This document shows positions 24,551 through 36,983 of a stretch of 64,000 bases of DNA, piece by piece. The notes under the pieces were generated by a model. It ran no database searches and had not been told where the DNA came from. It worked only from the letters and a program-made list of their open reading frames with translations. This stretch comes from Mobula hypostoma (lineage: Eukaryota). Location of the stretch: positions 195,426,001 to 195,490,000 of the forward strand of contig NC_086097.1 in NCBI RefSeq assembly GCF_963921235.1. The letters are read 5' to 3'. The first letter of the stretch is position 1. Each line of letters opens with the position of its first letter. The position numbers and the translations under genes were made by a program.

Positions 24551-26552
24551 ACAAGATAATGTCAAACAGGCTGTGGCCAATGATCTGGTGAAATGTGATG
24601 AATGTCATCTACTCCATGTTCCGTTACTGAAACCAGAACTCTGGGTGTGCAAATAACTTAACGTTGGACATATGATTATACTATCTGAAAACAAGTTTTA
24701 ATAATGTATTGGTATATCATTGAACAAATAAACAAAAGAAGCAGAAGAGTAAACATAATTAAAAACCTAACAGCACTGGTATAATAAAAGTGATGAATAA
24801 TTTTAAAATCTGTAGATATTTTTCATTAAATATACATGCAGTTTAATATCATTCTCTCTCATGTCTGGTGCTGTGAGGATATTGATAGATGGCATTAGAA
24901 GGGAAAGAATTAAACAACAGATTTTTGCTGGTTGCATTCATATAAATCCACCCAACACGTATCTGTATTCCCAAAAAATGAGACTACAGAGTGATGCCTT
25001 AACCGAGATCCAGTGATCTGTCACCACATAAACAGATGAATCTGAACTGCTTTCATTTGTTGCCACGGTTTGTAATCTTCCAATAACTATCCAAATTAGC
25101 ATGCATACGGTACAGGTCACAATGTCACATGTATGAAAATAAGTATCATTCTGCTTGAGAGCATGGACTAAATTCTTCCAATTCTTATTCAAGCCAGAGG
25201 TTACATCCAGCAAATTATTGTTTATATAAAATGAGATAATGAGCAAAATTTCCTCAATAAAGCCAGTGGTTCCTTACACTATTGCCCAATGTTACCTGCT
25301 TACTGTGAGGAAGCTAGAGATTCTTACATTGTCTTATGCAAAATCAGAAGTCAATCCTTCTACAAGTGATCTCCATTGTTACACCAACGATGCTCCAGCA
25401 GGGTGCCAATTAATTCCAGTCACCAACAGTTATGCTGGTATCTGCCAGGTAAACCTGTGCCAGGGTAGACCTGACACAGAGTCCAGGAATGTTTCTCATA
25501 ATGGGCATGGAGGATGATTTCCATGGGAAAAACATTAGATTTAACTGAACTAATTTAAATTTATTTTGGATGTTTTTGTTTCTTAATGATTAGTAATTCA
25601 AGCTGTATTTAATTCTGAAGTTTCTGAAGCATTTTGAATGTTTGAGACCTACAGAAACATTAATATGCTTGATAGTTTTAACAGCAATTTCAGCCTGAGG
25701 GTGTCATGTATCTCATTCTGGGTTTTACATGTACAGTATGGTCCTGATTTGTTTGGAGCCTCTTGATTAAAGTATTGTTTAATCAAGAAATGTTTACTCA
25801 AGAAAATTACAGGTTGAGAGAGTAGTTAAGTACTGAAAATGAGAAGCTCTCTATTTTGTGGGAACTCTGCAGCAAGAATCTAAAGCTTCATCTATGTTTT
25901 TTTTTGTTAAACGTTATAGTATTGAGACATCTACACCTGGACTGCATTACATAAGAGATGGATACTCAATATATAAATTACGTTTTAAATTTTTTGCTTA
26001 TTGTTTCAAACAATAGAACTGGTGGAAACAGTTTTCACTAGTTGGGAAGTCCAACACAAACTCAAAATCAAGACAGTCCTTTAAAAATGAAGTAACTAAC
26101 ACTTAACCCAGAAAAGAGTAACTGATACCAGATCAATTCTTAATTTTACATTTGAGATTGAAGAATTATTTAATAAGTAAATAGATCAAGACAGTAATAT
26201 GGAGTTAACTCCTGAATTAACCATTTTTATATTGAATGGCTAAATGGGTATAAGGACTTGACTGGCCTTTTACTATTCCCATGTTCATATGAGGGACATT
26301 ATTCTCCAGAGGTTATCAATTAAAGTATGTTTAATTGTTTAAATTGTGCCTCCTATTTATTGTTAATTATCTTTGAAGGTTTTTCTTTTTGGAAAAGTAA
26401 GTGTTATGATAGTCATAGAATTTCCATTAAATCTTTCAGCAGGATTTGGCTTATCATTGTTTTACGATCAATGGAAGTTAATAATATACCAATACCTCTT
26501 CTTCCTGTAAACGTCTGAAAGAAAATATATTGGTAGTATATAGTAAAATATA

Positions 26553-27031
26553 CACTCAGTGGCCACTGTATGAGGCACACCTTTCAACCAGAAGTGGTCT
26601 TCTGCTATGATGGCCCATCCACTTCAGCATTCAACAAGTTGAGTGTTCAGAGATGCTCTTCTGCACACTAATGTTGTAACATGTAACTACTTGAGTTACT
26701 TTCACCTTCCTGTCAGCTTATACCAGTCTGGCTATTCTCCTCTGACTGCTCTCATTAACAAGGTGTTCTCTCCCACAGAACTGCCATAGGAAATCTCAGC
26801 AGATAACCAGTTTCTGAGATACTCAAATCATCCTGTCTGGCACAAAAAATCACTCCACGGTCGAAGTCACTTAGAACACATTTCTGCCCCATACTGATGT
26901 TTGGTCTGAACAACAGCTGAACCCCATGACCGTGCTTTTATGCATTGAGTTGCTGCCACATGATTGGCTGATTGGATATTAGCATTACTTAGCAGGTGTA
27001 CAGGTTTATCTAATAAAGTGGCCACTGAATG
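26553..27031. mobile_element. Non-autonomous Tc1/mariner-type element (MITE)
   Basis: TIRs CACTCAGTGGCCACT... and ...AGTGGCCACTGAATG, both flanked by TA. Confidence 0.88.
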
Positions 27032-28597
27032 TACATACTTTGATAATAAATTTACTTTGAACTTTAAACTTTAAGTTTTAAAAATCTAGACCTGGAAATG
27101 GCAATGTCATATGCTGACTATGTGGCTGATTCACAAACATTTAGATCAGTGGCCTTTCGCTGTACCGTTCAATAGCAACTGAGTTCCTATGAAACAATGT
27201 TCTTCATTGTATCTCCATACATGTGACAATAATAAACCAATTGCCAGTTATTTGGTGGGTGGTTAACTGAACCAATAGTCAAGAGACTCAAGTAAGTCTG
27301 GGGGTGCAGTGGACAGAATAAGCCACTAACATGTTTGGGGCTAAGCATCTGCTGGCTCATTGAGGAGGGAAATGGGGTAGTCAGGTCAGTGATAAGGATC
27401 AGGCCAGTTCAGAGGATCAAATCTGGAGAGGTTGAGTTATTGGCAGTGAAGATCAAAAAATAGGAGCCATTACACTTTGAAAGGACACTGATGCTGCCTG
27501 GCCTGCTGAGTTCCTCCAGCATTTTGTGAGTGTTGCTCGGATTTCCAGCTTCTGCAGATTTTCCCTTGTTTGTGGTAATAATCTAGAGGCCAAGTTCAAA
27601 ACCTAACATAGCACTTGTGAAATTTTTATTTAGAATTCAGATTCACTACAAATCAGGGATTTGGAAAATCAATAACAAAAAGTATTAGTTGTTATTGCAA
27701 CTAAACTACTGGATTCTCAGGAAAATCTACAATCTTGACCCAGTATGGCCTATGTATGACTCCAGACTCAACTATGTAGTTGACTCTTAAATGCATCTGG
27801 ATTTAGCTAATCAGTTGTACTGTTACTGCTTTGTTCAAAAAGAATAAATCCACATCAACCAATCACATGGTAGCAGTACCTTAACCAGGACTACTGCATA
27901 AATTTAAGAAGGCAGATCACTACCAGTTTCTGAAGAGGAACTAGGAGTGGATAATCAATGCAATCCTGCCCGGTTTTGTCTATTTTCTAAAAAGTGAATT
28001 TTTTTTAAATGACATGTCAAAGGCTGGTTCTTTTAGGTCACTGGATCAGAGTTGAACAAGTAGGCAAACAGATAGGAGTTCAGTGAGTGGATGGTTTAGG
28101 TAATTGCCCGGGCCAACTAAAAATGAGGTAGTAAATTGGATTAGACATGGACTTCATGGGAGAAGCCAGAGAATGTTAGTAGATTGTTGCCTCTCTGACT
28201 GGAGGCCTGTGATTAGTTGAGTACAAAGGAATCAGTGCTGTGCCTATTGTCTGTCATCTATATCAATGATCTAGATGATAATGTGGCTGACTGGATCAGC
28301 AAATTTGTGGATGGCATCAGGAATGGAGGTATAGTGGACAATGAGGAAGACTATCAGAGGTTGAAGTGAGATCTAGACCAGCTGGAAAAATGGATGAAAA
28401 AAATGGGAAATAGAATTTAATATAGACAAGTGTGAGGTGTTGTACTTCAATAGGACCAACTAGGATAGTGTGGTAGAACAAAAGAATCTAAGAATGCAGG
28501 TCCATAATTCATTGAAAGTGGCAGCACAGGTAGACAGGGTCGTAAAGAAAGCTTTTGGCACATTTGCCATCATAAATTGAGTATAGGAGATGAGATG

Positions 28598-28696
28598 CAA
28601 CATACATCAAAGTTGCTGGTGAACGCAGCAGGCCAGGCAGCATCTATAGGAAGAGGTACAGTCGACGTTTCAGGCCGAGACCCTTCGTCAGGATTT
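28598..28696 (-). mobile_element. 99-bp Penelope-derived mini-element carrying a hammerhead core
   Basis: Perfect 16-bp TSD TATAGGAGATGAGATG at 28582-28597 and 28697-28712; matches 2348-2443. Confidence 0.92.
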
Positions 28697-28750
28697 TATA
28701 GGAGATGAGATGTTATGTTGAAGTTGTATAAGATGCCGGTGAAGCCCAAT

Positions 28751-31082
28751 AGACTCAATAAATCTATAGAATAATAACCATAACAGAATCAAGGAAAGAC
28801 CACCTAACTAGGGTGTACAATCAGAGTACAGAAGACAGCAAACTGGGCAAATGCAAAAAGAAGAAATAATAATAATAAATAAATGAACAATAAATATCAA
28901 GGACATAAGTTGAAGGTTCCTTGAAAGTGATTCCATTGGTTATGGGAACATTTCAATGATGGGGCAAGTGAAGTTGAATGAATTTATCCCCTTTGATTGA
29001 GGGGTAGTAACAGTTTCTGAACCTGGTGGTGTGAACCCTAAGGTTCTTGTACCATTTTTCTGATGGCAGCAGCAAAAGGAGAGCATGTTCTGGGTAGTGG
29101 AGGTCCCTGATGATGGATGCTGCTTTCCTGTGACAGTGTTTCATGTAGATCTTCTTAATGGTTGGGAGGATTTTACCTGTGATGAACAAGGGAAAATCTG
29201 CAGATGCTAGAAATCCAAATAATGCATACAAAATGCTGGAGGAATTCAGCAGGCCAGGCAGCACCTATGGAAAAGAGTACAGCTGATGTTTCTGTTCAAG
29301 AGAGTTGGTGTTTCCATATTAAGTTGTGATGGAGGTGCAGGCAGTCAATATACTCTCCACTACACATCTACAGAAGTTTATCAAAGTTTTAGATATCATG
29401 CCAAATCTTGGCAAACTCTTAAGGAAGTAGAGGTGCTGTCATGTTTTCTTCATAATTGCACTTTCGTGCTGGGGTCAGGACAAGTTCTCCAATATAATAA
29501 TATCTAAGAATTTAAAGTTGCTAACCCTCTCCACCTCTATCGTCCAATGAGAACTGGCTTGTGGACTCTGGTTTCCTTCTCCTGGAGTCTATAACCAACT
29601 CCCTGGTCTTGCTGACATTGAGTAAGATGTTGTTGTTATGACACCACTCAACCAGATTTTCAATCTCTCTCCTACATGCTGATTAATCACTACCTTTGAT
29701 TTAGCCAACAACAGTGGTGTCATCAGCAAACTTGATTATAGCATTGGAGCTGTTCTTACCACAGTCACAAGTGCAAACTGAGTAAAGCAGTGTCATGGTC
29801 CAGTCCATGAAATCCGCATTCTGGTTCACCGTCTGGTCCATGTTCCTTATTCCAGGTTTTCTGGTTTTCCCCTGTTTCTGTTGAGGCAGCTGATTCTCGT
29901 CTGGGATGGCTTCATAAATACCTTCAGGATTCAGGTTCTGGCTGCTGCATTGTTCCTGTCCATACCCACTGTCTGAATCTCTTCCCTTCCCCTTCCTTCT
30001 GTTGCCTCGCCTCATCTGAAGCCTTGTCTTGCCTGTAACCCTTGCCTGCACCGCTGTCAAGTTCCATTGCTGGAGCAAGATAAGGAACTGTCTATTGTTG
30101 TTTTGAACTGTCTCTGTGTCCACACCTTCACTAGGTAGGTCTGGCCATTTGCCGCTATCTAGTGTTGGGAACAGTCTGTATCCACGCCTTCGCTAGGTAG
30201 GTCTGGCTGTCTGCTGCTGCCTTTTGTTGGGAACTGTCTTGTCATTCTGTGTATGAGTCCCGGCCCTACGTCCTGTTTCCAAAGAGGGGTCCCGGCTCTG
30301 TGTTCTATGTACCTATTCTCCCAAGACCAAAGCTCTGTGTTCCATGTTCCTGTTCTGCCAAGACCAAGTCAAGGCTTCGAGTTCTCATCCTGTCCTTGTG
30401 CCTCATTCTGCCCAGGAAAGCCTCAAGGAATCCAAGCCTCATCCAGTCCTGTAACCACGTCTTGTCTTGAGTCTGTGAGACTTCTGGAGTCCAAGCCTGA
30501 GTCAAGACCCAGGTTCTGGGTCTTTGCCCAGTCTCTGGCTCGGAGTCTATACCCAAGCCTCATCATGTCCTCGCCTCGAGGAACCCAAGCCACGAAGAAC
30601 CCAAGCCTTGAGGAACTCAAGCCATGTCCTGTCCTGTAACCACGTCATGTCCTCACCTCGAGGAACCCAAGCCTCGTCATGTCCTCGTCTCAAGGAACCC
30701 AAGCCACGAAGATCCCAAGTCTTGAGGAACCCAAGCCATATCCTGTCCTGTAACCATGTCATGTCCTCTCCTAGTTCCAGGGTCCAAGCCCGAGTCAAGA
30801 CTCAGGCTTTGAGTCCTTGTCCAGTCTCCGGCTCGGAGTCCAAGCCCAGGCTCCTCGTTCCTTGTTCCTTGTCCTGGTTCCGTTTTCCTGTCCAATATCC
30901 TAGCCTAAGTCTGTGTTCTTGTCCCCGGTCTCTAGTCAGGTCCTGTTCTTAGTACTTCAGTGTCTGTGTCTTGCATTTGAGTCCGCTCCCAGCGCCCCCT
31001 TATGACAAGCAGGGGTGCAATACATAGCCTTAGCCTTGGGATGCAACTACGCTGATGGAGTTTATGAAGGAGATGGTGCTGC
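28751..31082 (-). mobile_element. Rex1/Babar LINE 3' part, with a Penelope relic (29185-29292) and LTR A4
   Basis: IIKFADDTTVVG; KAASIIRD...LLPSEKWYKNL; TTRFRNCYYP. Confidence 0.85.
29791..31007 (+). mobile_element. Solo LTR-like element, family A, copy 4
   Basis: TGTCAT...ATGACA; perfect 5-bp TSD AGCAG; tandem arrays at about 30400-30780. Confidence 0.9.
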
Positions 31083-31736
31083 CAGTACTGGGTTCTGCAT
31101 GTGAGGAGTGGTTGAAAGTGTAGAGAGAAAATTTACAAGGATGTTTCTGGGGGACCTGAATTATAAAGAAAGATTAAATAGATCAGGAATTTATTCCTTG
31201 GACTGCAGAAGATTGAGGGGAGATTTGATAGAAGTATACAAAATTATGAGGCGTATAGATAGGGAAAAGGCAAGCATGCTTTTTCTGTTGAGGTTTGGTG
31301 GGATGACAACTAGAGATCATAGGCTAAGAGTGAAAGGTGAAATGTTTAAGGGGAACATGAAGGGAAACTGCTTCACTCAAAGGTCATGTGGGTGTGGAAT
31401 AAGCTACCAGTGCAAGGGGTGCATTTGAGCTCCATTTCAATGTATAACAGAAGTGTGGATAGGGAGGGGATAGAGGACTATGGGTCAGTGCAGGTTGATA
31501 GGAATAGACAGTTTAAATGATCTAGCACAGAATAGATAGGCTGAAGGGCCTGCTTCTGTGAAACGTTCTCGGACTTTGTGAGGGCCAGAGGGAAGCTAGG
31601 TCAATGGCTAGAAATGTTCTGTTTACATGGTGTTGGAGGGGGATTCAGGAGCATAAGAAACTTGCTGCTCAGTGAAAATAACTTTGACCAACAGAAAAAT
31701 GTTCGTTATCATCTTTTAGTCTTATTTATGTTTAAT

Positions 31737-31910
31737 AATCTGCCAGAGGATCTCAGTAAGTTGAGCAGCATCTGTGATGTAAAGGAATTATTGATGTTTT
31801 AAGACAAAACCCTGCATCAGGGCTTTCAACTCAGTGATATTGCTTGACCAGCTGAGCTCCTCCGGCAGATTGCTTGTTCTCGGATCCCAGCATCCACTAT
31901 CTCTTGTCTC
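31737..31910. mobile_element. Old fold-back Penelope-derived element
   Basis: Imperfect inverted arms at about 31737-31772 and 31836-31871 around a degenerate hammerhead (minus strand CCCTGATGCAGGG...AAAACATC). Confidence 0.65.
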
Positions 31911-32389
31911 TCTATTTTTTACTTAAGTAGCACTGAAATAAATATTGTGATGAAACAACAAAACTTCTGAGCATTTTGCTTCAAGACAGGTTTGATAGAT
32001 TGTTTAAATATCAGGCACCACATAAAATATAATGCGTCCAAAGTGTGCAATTATTAACAGAGCTGGGGCCATGAAATACCAAATCAAGTAAATGATCAGT
32101 CATAATGTAGCAAGTAGGGCTAAATAGAGTTCTATTGGATTTGCTCAGTAGTGGAGGAAAAACTATGCAGAGCAATCAACAGCAAGAGTATCAGACTGGG
32201 CAGAGGTTGTAGGGGAATCTCTCAGTCTCCGTCCAAATGAATTACTGATCTCATCTCGCCAACTTATCTACGATGGGAATTGGTTAAGATTACTGCTGCT
32301 AACAAGGTTCCTTATTAAGGAAAACCTTGAGTTACTATTTCTTTTTTCCTGTATTTGCTATGTTCTTTCATTATGAATCAGCTATACAC

Positions 32390-33733
32390 TAATGAGATAG
32401 TGTACAACCTTCTGTTCTGAGTTTGTGCCCTCTGCTCCTAGACCAGAAGGCACAATAGGAAACATCTTCTCCACTCAATCTTTCATCATTCAATAGGATT
32501 CAATGAGACCACCCTCCACCAATTCCTCTCAATTCCAGTGAATACAGGCCAAGAGGTATCAAACACTCCTCATAAGATAACCTTATATGATTCCCGAATC
32601 ATTCTTGTGAATCTCCCTGAATCCTCTCCAATGTCAGCACATTCTTTCTTGGATAACAGGCCCACAACTGCTCACAATACTCAAAGTAAGGCCTCACCAG
32701 TGCTTTATAAAGCCTCAGCATTACATCTTTGCTTTTATATTCTACTCCTCTCAAAACTAATGTTAATACTTGCATTTGCCTTCATCACCACCAACTCAAC
32801 GTGTAAGTTAACTTTGAGGGAATCCTGCACAAGGACTCTCTTTGCACCCCTGAGTTTTGAATCATCTCCCTGTTTAGAAAATAATCTATGCTTCTATTCC
32901 TTTTACCAAAGTGTATAACCATACACTTCTCGTCTCTGTATTTCATCTGGCACTTCTTTGTCCATTCTTCTAATCTGACTGTGACCTTCTGCAGCCTCCC
33001 TGCTTCCTCAATACTACCTGCCCCTCTATCTATCTGAAAACTTCGCCACAAAGCCATCAATTCCATCATCCAAATCATTGGTATATAATGCAAAAAGAAG
33101 CAGTCCCAACACCGACTACTGCAGCCCATCATTAGTCACTGGCAGCTAATCAAAAAAGGCTCCCTTTATTCCCACTCTTTGCCTTCTGCCAATCACCCAA
33201 TCCTCTAAGGAACCCATGTTGACTTTGGCCTATTTTAGCATGTGCCTGTAGGTACCCTGAGACCTCATCCTTACCAATCGACTCCATGATTTACCCAATC
33301 TCTGAAGTCAGGCTAACTGGCCTATAATTTCCTTTATTCTGCACCCCCTTCCTTCTTAAAGAGTGAAGTAGCATTTGCAATTTTCCAGTCCTCCAGAACC
33401 ATGCCAGAATCTAATGATGCTTGAAAGATCATTACTAGTGTCTCCACTGATGGCCATAGTTGCATCTTTCTGCCTTTAGAATACTACTTCTTTGGAATGT
33501 ATCTATCCTGAATCTTCCAAATTGCTCCCAGAAACCCCGTCCATTCCTGTTCTGCCATCATCCCTGATAGTATCCCCTTCCAAATAACTTAGATCAGCTC
33601 CTCTCTCATGCCCTTGTAATTCCCTTTACTCCACTGTAATACTGTTACATCTGACTTAAGCTTCTCCCTCTCAAATTGCAGGCTGAATTCTATCATATTA
33701 TGATCACTGCTTCCTAAGGGCTCCTTTACCTTA
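32390..33733 (-). mobile_element. Degenerate CR1 LINE with internal deletions
   Basis: Reverse-strand CR1 RT and endonuclease motifs; similar to 48490-49800. Confidence 0.8.
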
Positions 33734-34239
33734 ATATTATTAAGTGTTCAAGGTTTTTATGAGTGGTAGAAAGAGCATGGAAAACCTAATATGCTGGATG
33801 TTTGAGGAATATGTCTCAAATCATTTCCTGTCCCTCAGTCTATGTAACTGAGGAGCCACAAGAGACTGCAAATGCTGTAATCGAAAGCATAAAGGAAATT
33901 CGTACTACAGGTACATCCGTGGAGGTAAAAGAATAGTTGATGTGACTGAGATTCTTGAGAAGCATATCCATTATGCTTTCATTGTCTTTTCATTTGGCAA
34001 TTGGCGCAACATCTGTTATAGTCTTTTAGTAGGCTTGACACAAATACTATTTAAGCTTCTTTCAAGAAGCTGATCTATTACTGGTACTTTCTGCAGCCTC
34101 AGAATGGGTCAGGAGGATCAGTACTGAGCACATATCACCAGTAAGGGAAAATAGGAGTTTCACCTCATTGAACTTCTGTCTGGGGAAACAATTCCTATGG
34201 AATTTTAGGGAATTTTTAAGTTTGTAGTTTCCTAAGAAT

Positions 34240-34765
34240 GGTTAGTCTTCAGGCCCTCTATCGACCCGACCATAGATATTACATCCTAGCTGTTCATGAT
34301 ATGCAAGCCAAGGCAGTATGATATGGAGAACAAGCTCTTGTCCATGCAGCAGACTCCACCTCTCCACGCAGCTAATGAACCCAACAGAACGGTAGAGATC
34401 AATACAGCTTAGCACCAGTGACGTCACAAGAGTTGCCAGTTAGTGGTGACTCCAGTTCTGGATTCTTCCTCAGGATTTACTCCAAAAGCCTTCCCCATGA
34501 GAGGATACAGCCACATGGCTGCAGAGTTTTGAGATCAGAGTTTTCTTTCTCCTAGGTGAGTTGCCAACCAAGCTGACAAGTCTTATCTTTCCCCTTCTCT
34601 TGTCAGTAGAAGCAGTTCCTCTGCGCATAGTAGACAAGCCACACATGAAGGCCAGGGACTGGACTTGGATGTCAAAGGCCAGTTGAGATGCACACCACTG
34701 GGAGCATTTAATAGGTAGTGTGAGCTTATCCCCACTACCTCCCCTGTCTATCACAACCTTAAGTA
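34240..34765 (-). mobile_element. Non-coding RTE-like (bipartite) non-autonomous element
   Basis: Shares a segment with the SINE at 38745 (CTGGTGCYAAGCTGTAT...TGGAGAGG...GCATGG); 5' hairpin GGTAGTG...CACTACC; RTE assignment from recognition only. Confidence 0.5.
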
Positions 34766-36241
34766 ACCTGGTTAGCCTTAAGTATCCATTTATCTCATTG
34801 CATTTATATGAGATTTGGCTGTGTACATATGCTGTGCACTGGCTGCTTAAAATATGCATCTCAAAACACTAATTTTGTGTGAAAATAGTTCTGCAAGGTT
34901 TCATGAGGTGGTGTTGACCTCATTCCACGTGCATCAAGGCTCATATTCAGGGTCTAGCACTAACTGTGAGAAGCTAACAGGCAAAATTTTCCTTCATTGG
35001 TCATGTTCAAGATCCAGTTTGTTAACTTTTAAAGCAGTCCCTCCCCCTATAATCATCTACCCTCAAAACTTGTTCGAAATTTCTTCTCATGTGAATTCAC
35101 TGTACACTTTGGTTAAACTTATTGGCTCATTTCTTCTTTTATTGTAAGAAATTAAAGAATAATAAACAAAAAGGTTTTTTTTTCCTGCCAGATGAATAAA
35201 ACAACCACAAGATAATCTCAGGAGGCTATCATCACATTGGTGATTAAATATATAACAGTGTGTTAGTTTTTTTAATTACCTCAAGATATTGACAATGACA
35301 AATCCACTATTACTCCCAAGTTTCTTTCCAAATCACCCTGTGCTAATTCTTTCTGTTTGTTTTGAATTTATGTCACAGATTATATTGCCCAAAATGCAAC
35401 ATTTTGCATCTGTCTGTACTAAATTCTTTCTGACATCCATCTGCTTGCCAGTTTGCATATATTACCCAAATCACAAAACACCAAACTGCTCAGTTTTACT
35501 GCAATGCTTATTTCTGCATCATGTGCATGATTTGCAAGGGATTTGAAAATCCAAGTTATTAATATCAATAAGAAATAACATGGATCAAGGCCAATGACCT
35601 ATGCATAGTATATCATTATATTTTCATTCTGTGTTCCTGATATTGGATACAAATTGGAAGCTGAAGACAAGAATTCATAAGCTCGTATGACTACCTAACC
35701 AGCTGTTGAGTATGTTTTACATGGTCAATTAGTTAATCTCTATCTATGTAGCCACAGCAGATAGAGAAGAGTTTAGGAGCATAAGAGTATGTATGGCCAG
35801 AAAGTACAATCTTATGTTTAGGCATTGGACTGTTGAACAAATATCGTGGAATTGTATACTTTCTTGGTTGCATTGGTTCATTCCATGTAGTTCATTCTGA
35901 ACAGATGTAACCTACGCAAAAGATCGCAGAATTTAAAGTGCAAATTAGATTCAGTGCAAATTGAGTTTGTGTGATCTTTAATGCTAGTTAAAAAAACCCT
36001 GAGCTGGAAGACAGTCCTTTCCATGAAAATGACCAGGTCCCAGGTTCATTTAAGCATTAAAAATAAAAAATGCATGAAAGAAATGCCAGGTCAACAATTA
36101 CCTGAGGAGAAAGATAGTACCAGATCAAAATAGAAGATGACAAGAGTTTTATTCACCCAGAATTTAGAATGCTCTTTGTGAACAGATAGTGGGAGTCAAT
36201 TTTATAAACAATTTAAAAAGATTTTGCAACTATTGCCGTAA

Positions 36242-36983
36242 TAGTAAACGGTATGGCACTGAGGAGTGCGAAGGAACAAAGAGATCTGGGAGTTTAGATA
36301 CATAATTCCCTGAAAGTGGAGTCACAGATAGACAGGGTTGTAAAGAAGGCTTTTGGCATCCTGGCATTCGTAAATCAAAGTATTGAGTATAGGAGTTGGG
36401 ACGTTATGGGGAGGTTGTATAAGACATTGGTGAGACCAAATTTGGAGCATTGTGTACAGTTCTGGTCTCCTAACTATAGGCAGGATATCAGTAAGATTGA
36501 AAGAGTGCAGAGAAGATTTTCTAGGGTGTTGCTGGGTCTTCAGGAATTGAGTTACAGGGAAATATTGAACAGGTTAGGACTTTATTCCTTGGAGCATAGA
36601 AGAATGAGGGGTGATTTGATAGAGGTTTACAAAATTATGAAGGGTACAGACAGAGTAAATATGAATAGGCTCTTTCCACTTAGATTAGAGAGATAAATAC
36701 TAGAGGACATGGCTTTAGGGTGAAAGGGGAAAGGTTTGGGGGAACATTAGGGGGAACTTCTTCACTCAGAGAGCAGTGGGAGTGTGGAATGAGCTGCCAT
36801 CTGACGTGGTAAATGCGGGCTCACTCTTAAAGTTTAAGAATAAATTGGATAGGTACAAGGATGGGAGAGGTCTGGAGGGTTATGGACAGGATGCAGGTCA
36901 ATGGGACTAGCGGAATAATGATTCGGCACAGACTAGAAGGGCCGAATGGTCTGTTTTCTGTGCTGTAGTGTTCTATGGTTCTA
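36242..36983 (+). mobile_element. CR1 3' end, same subfamily as 4161-7336
   Basis: ORF 36316-36696 closely matches the ORF2 C-terminus; TTCTATGGTTCTA tail. Confidence 0.92.

Larger units (their letters stand above)
28110..31570 (+). mobile_element. CR1 LINE 3' part, interrupted by a mini-Penelope, Rex and LTR
   Basis: RT remnant 28110-28750 resumes near 31085 (ERKFTRM...RGDLIEVYK). Confidence 0.8.

Noticed and set aside
24938..25517. ORFs of 102 and 92 aa in unique sequence
   Set aside because: No recognisable homology or consistent splice framework.
27620..27970. Possible ancient SINE relic
   Set aside because: Looks repeat-like but is too degraded to assign a family or boundaries by eye.
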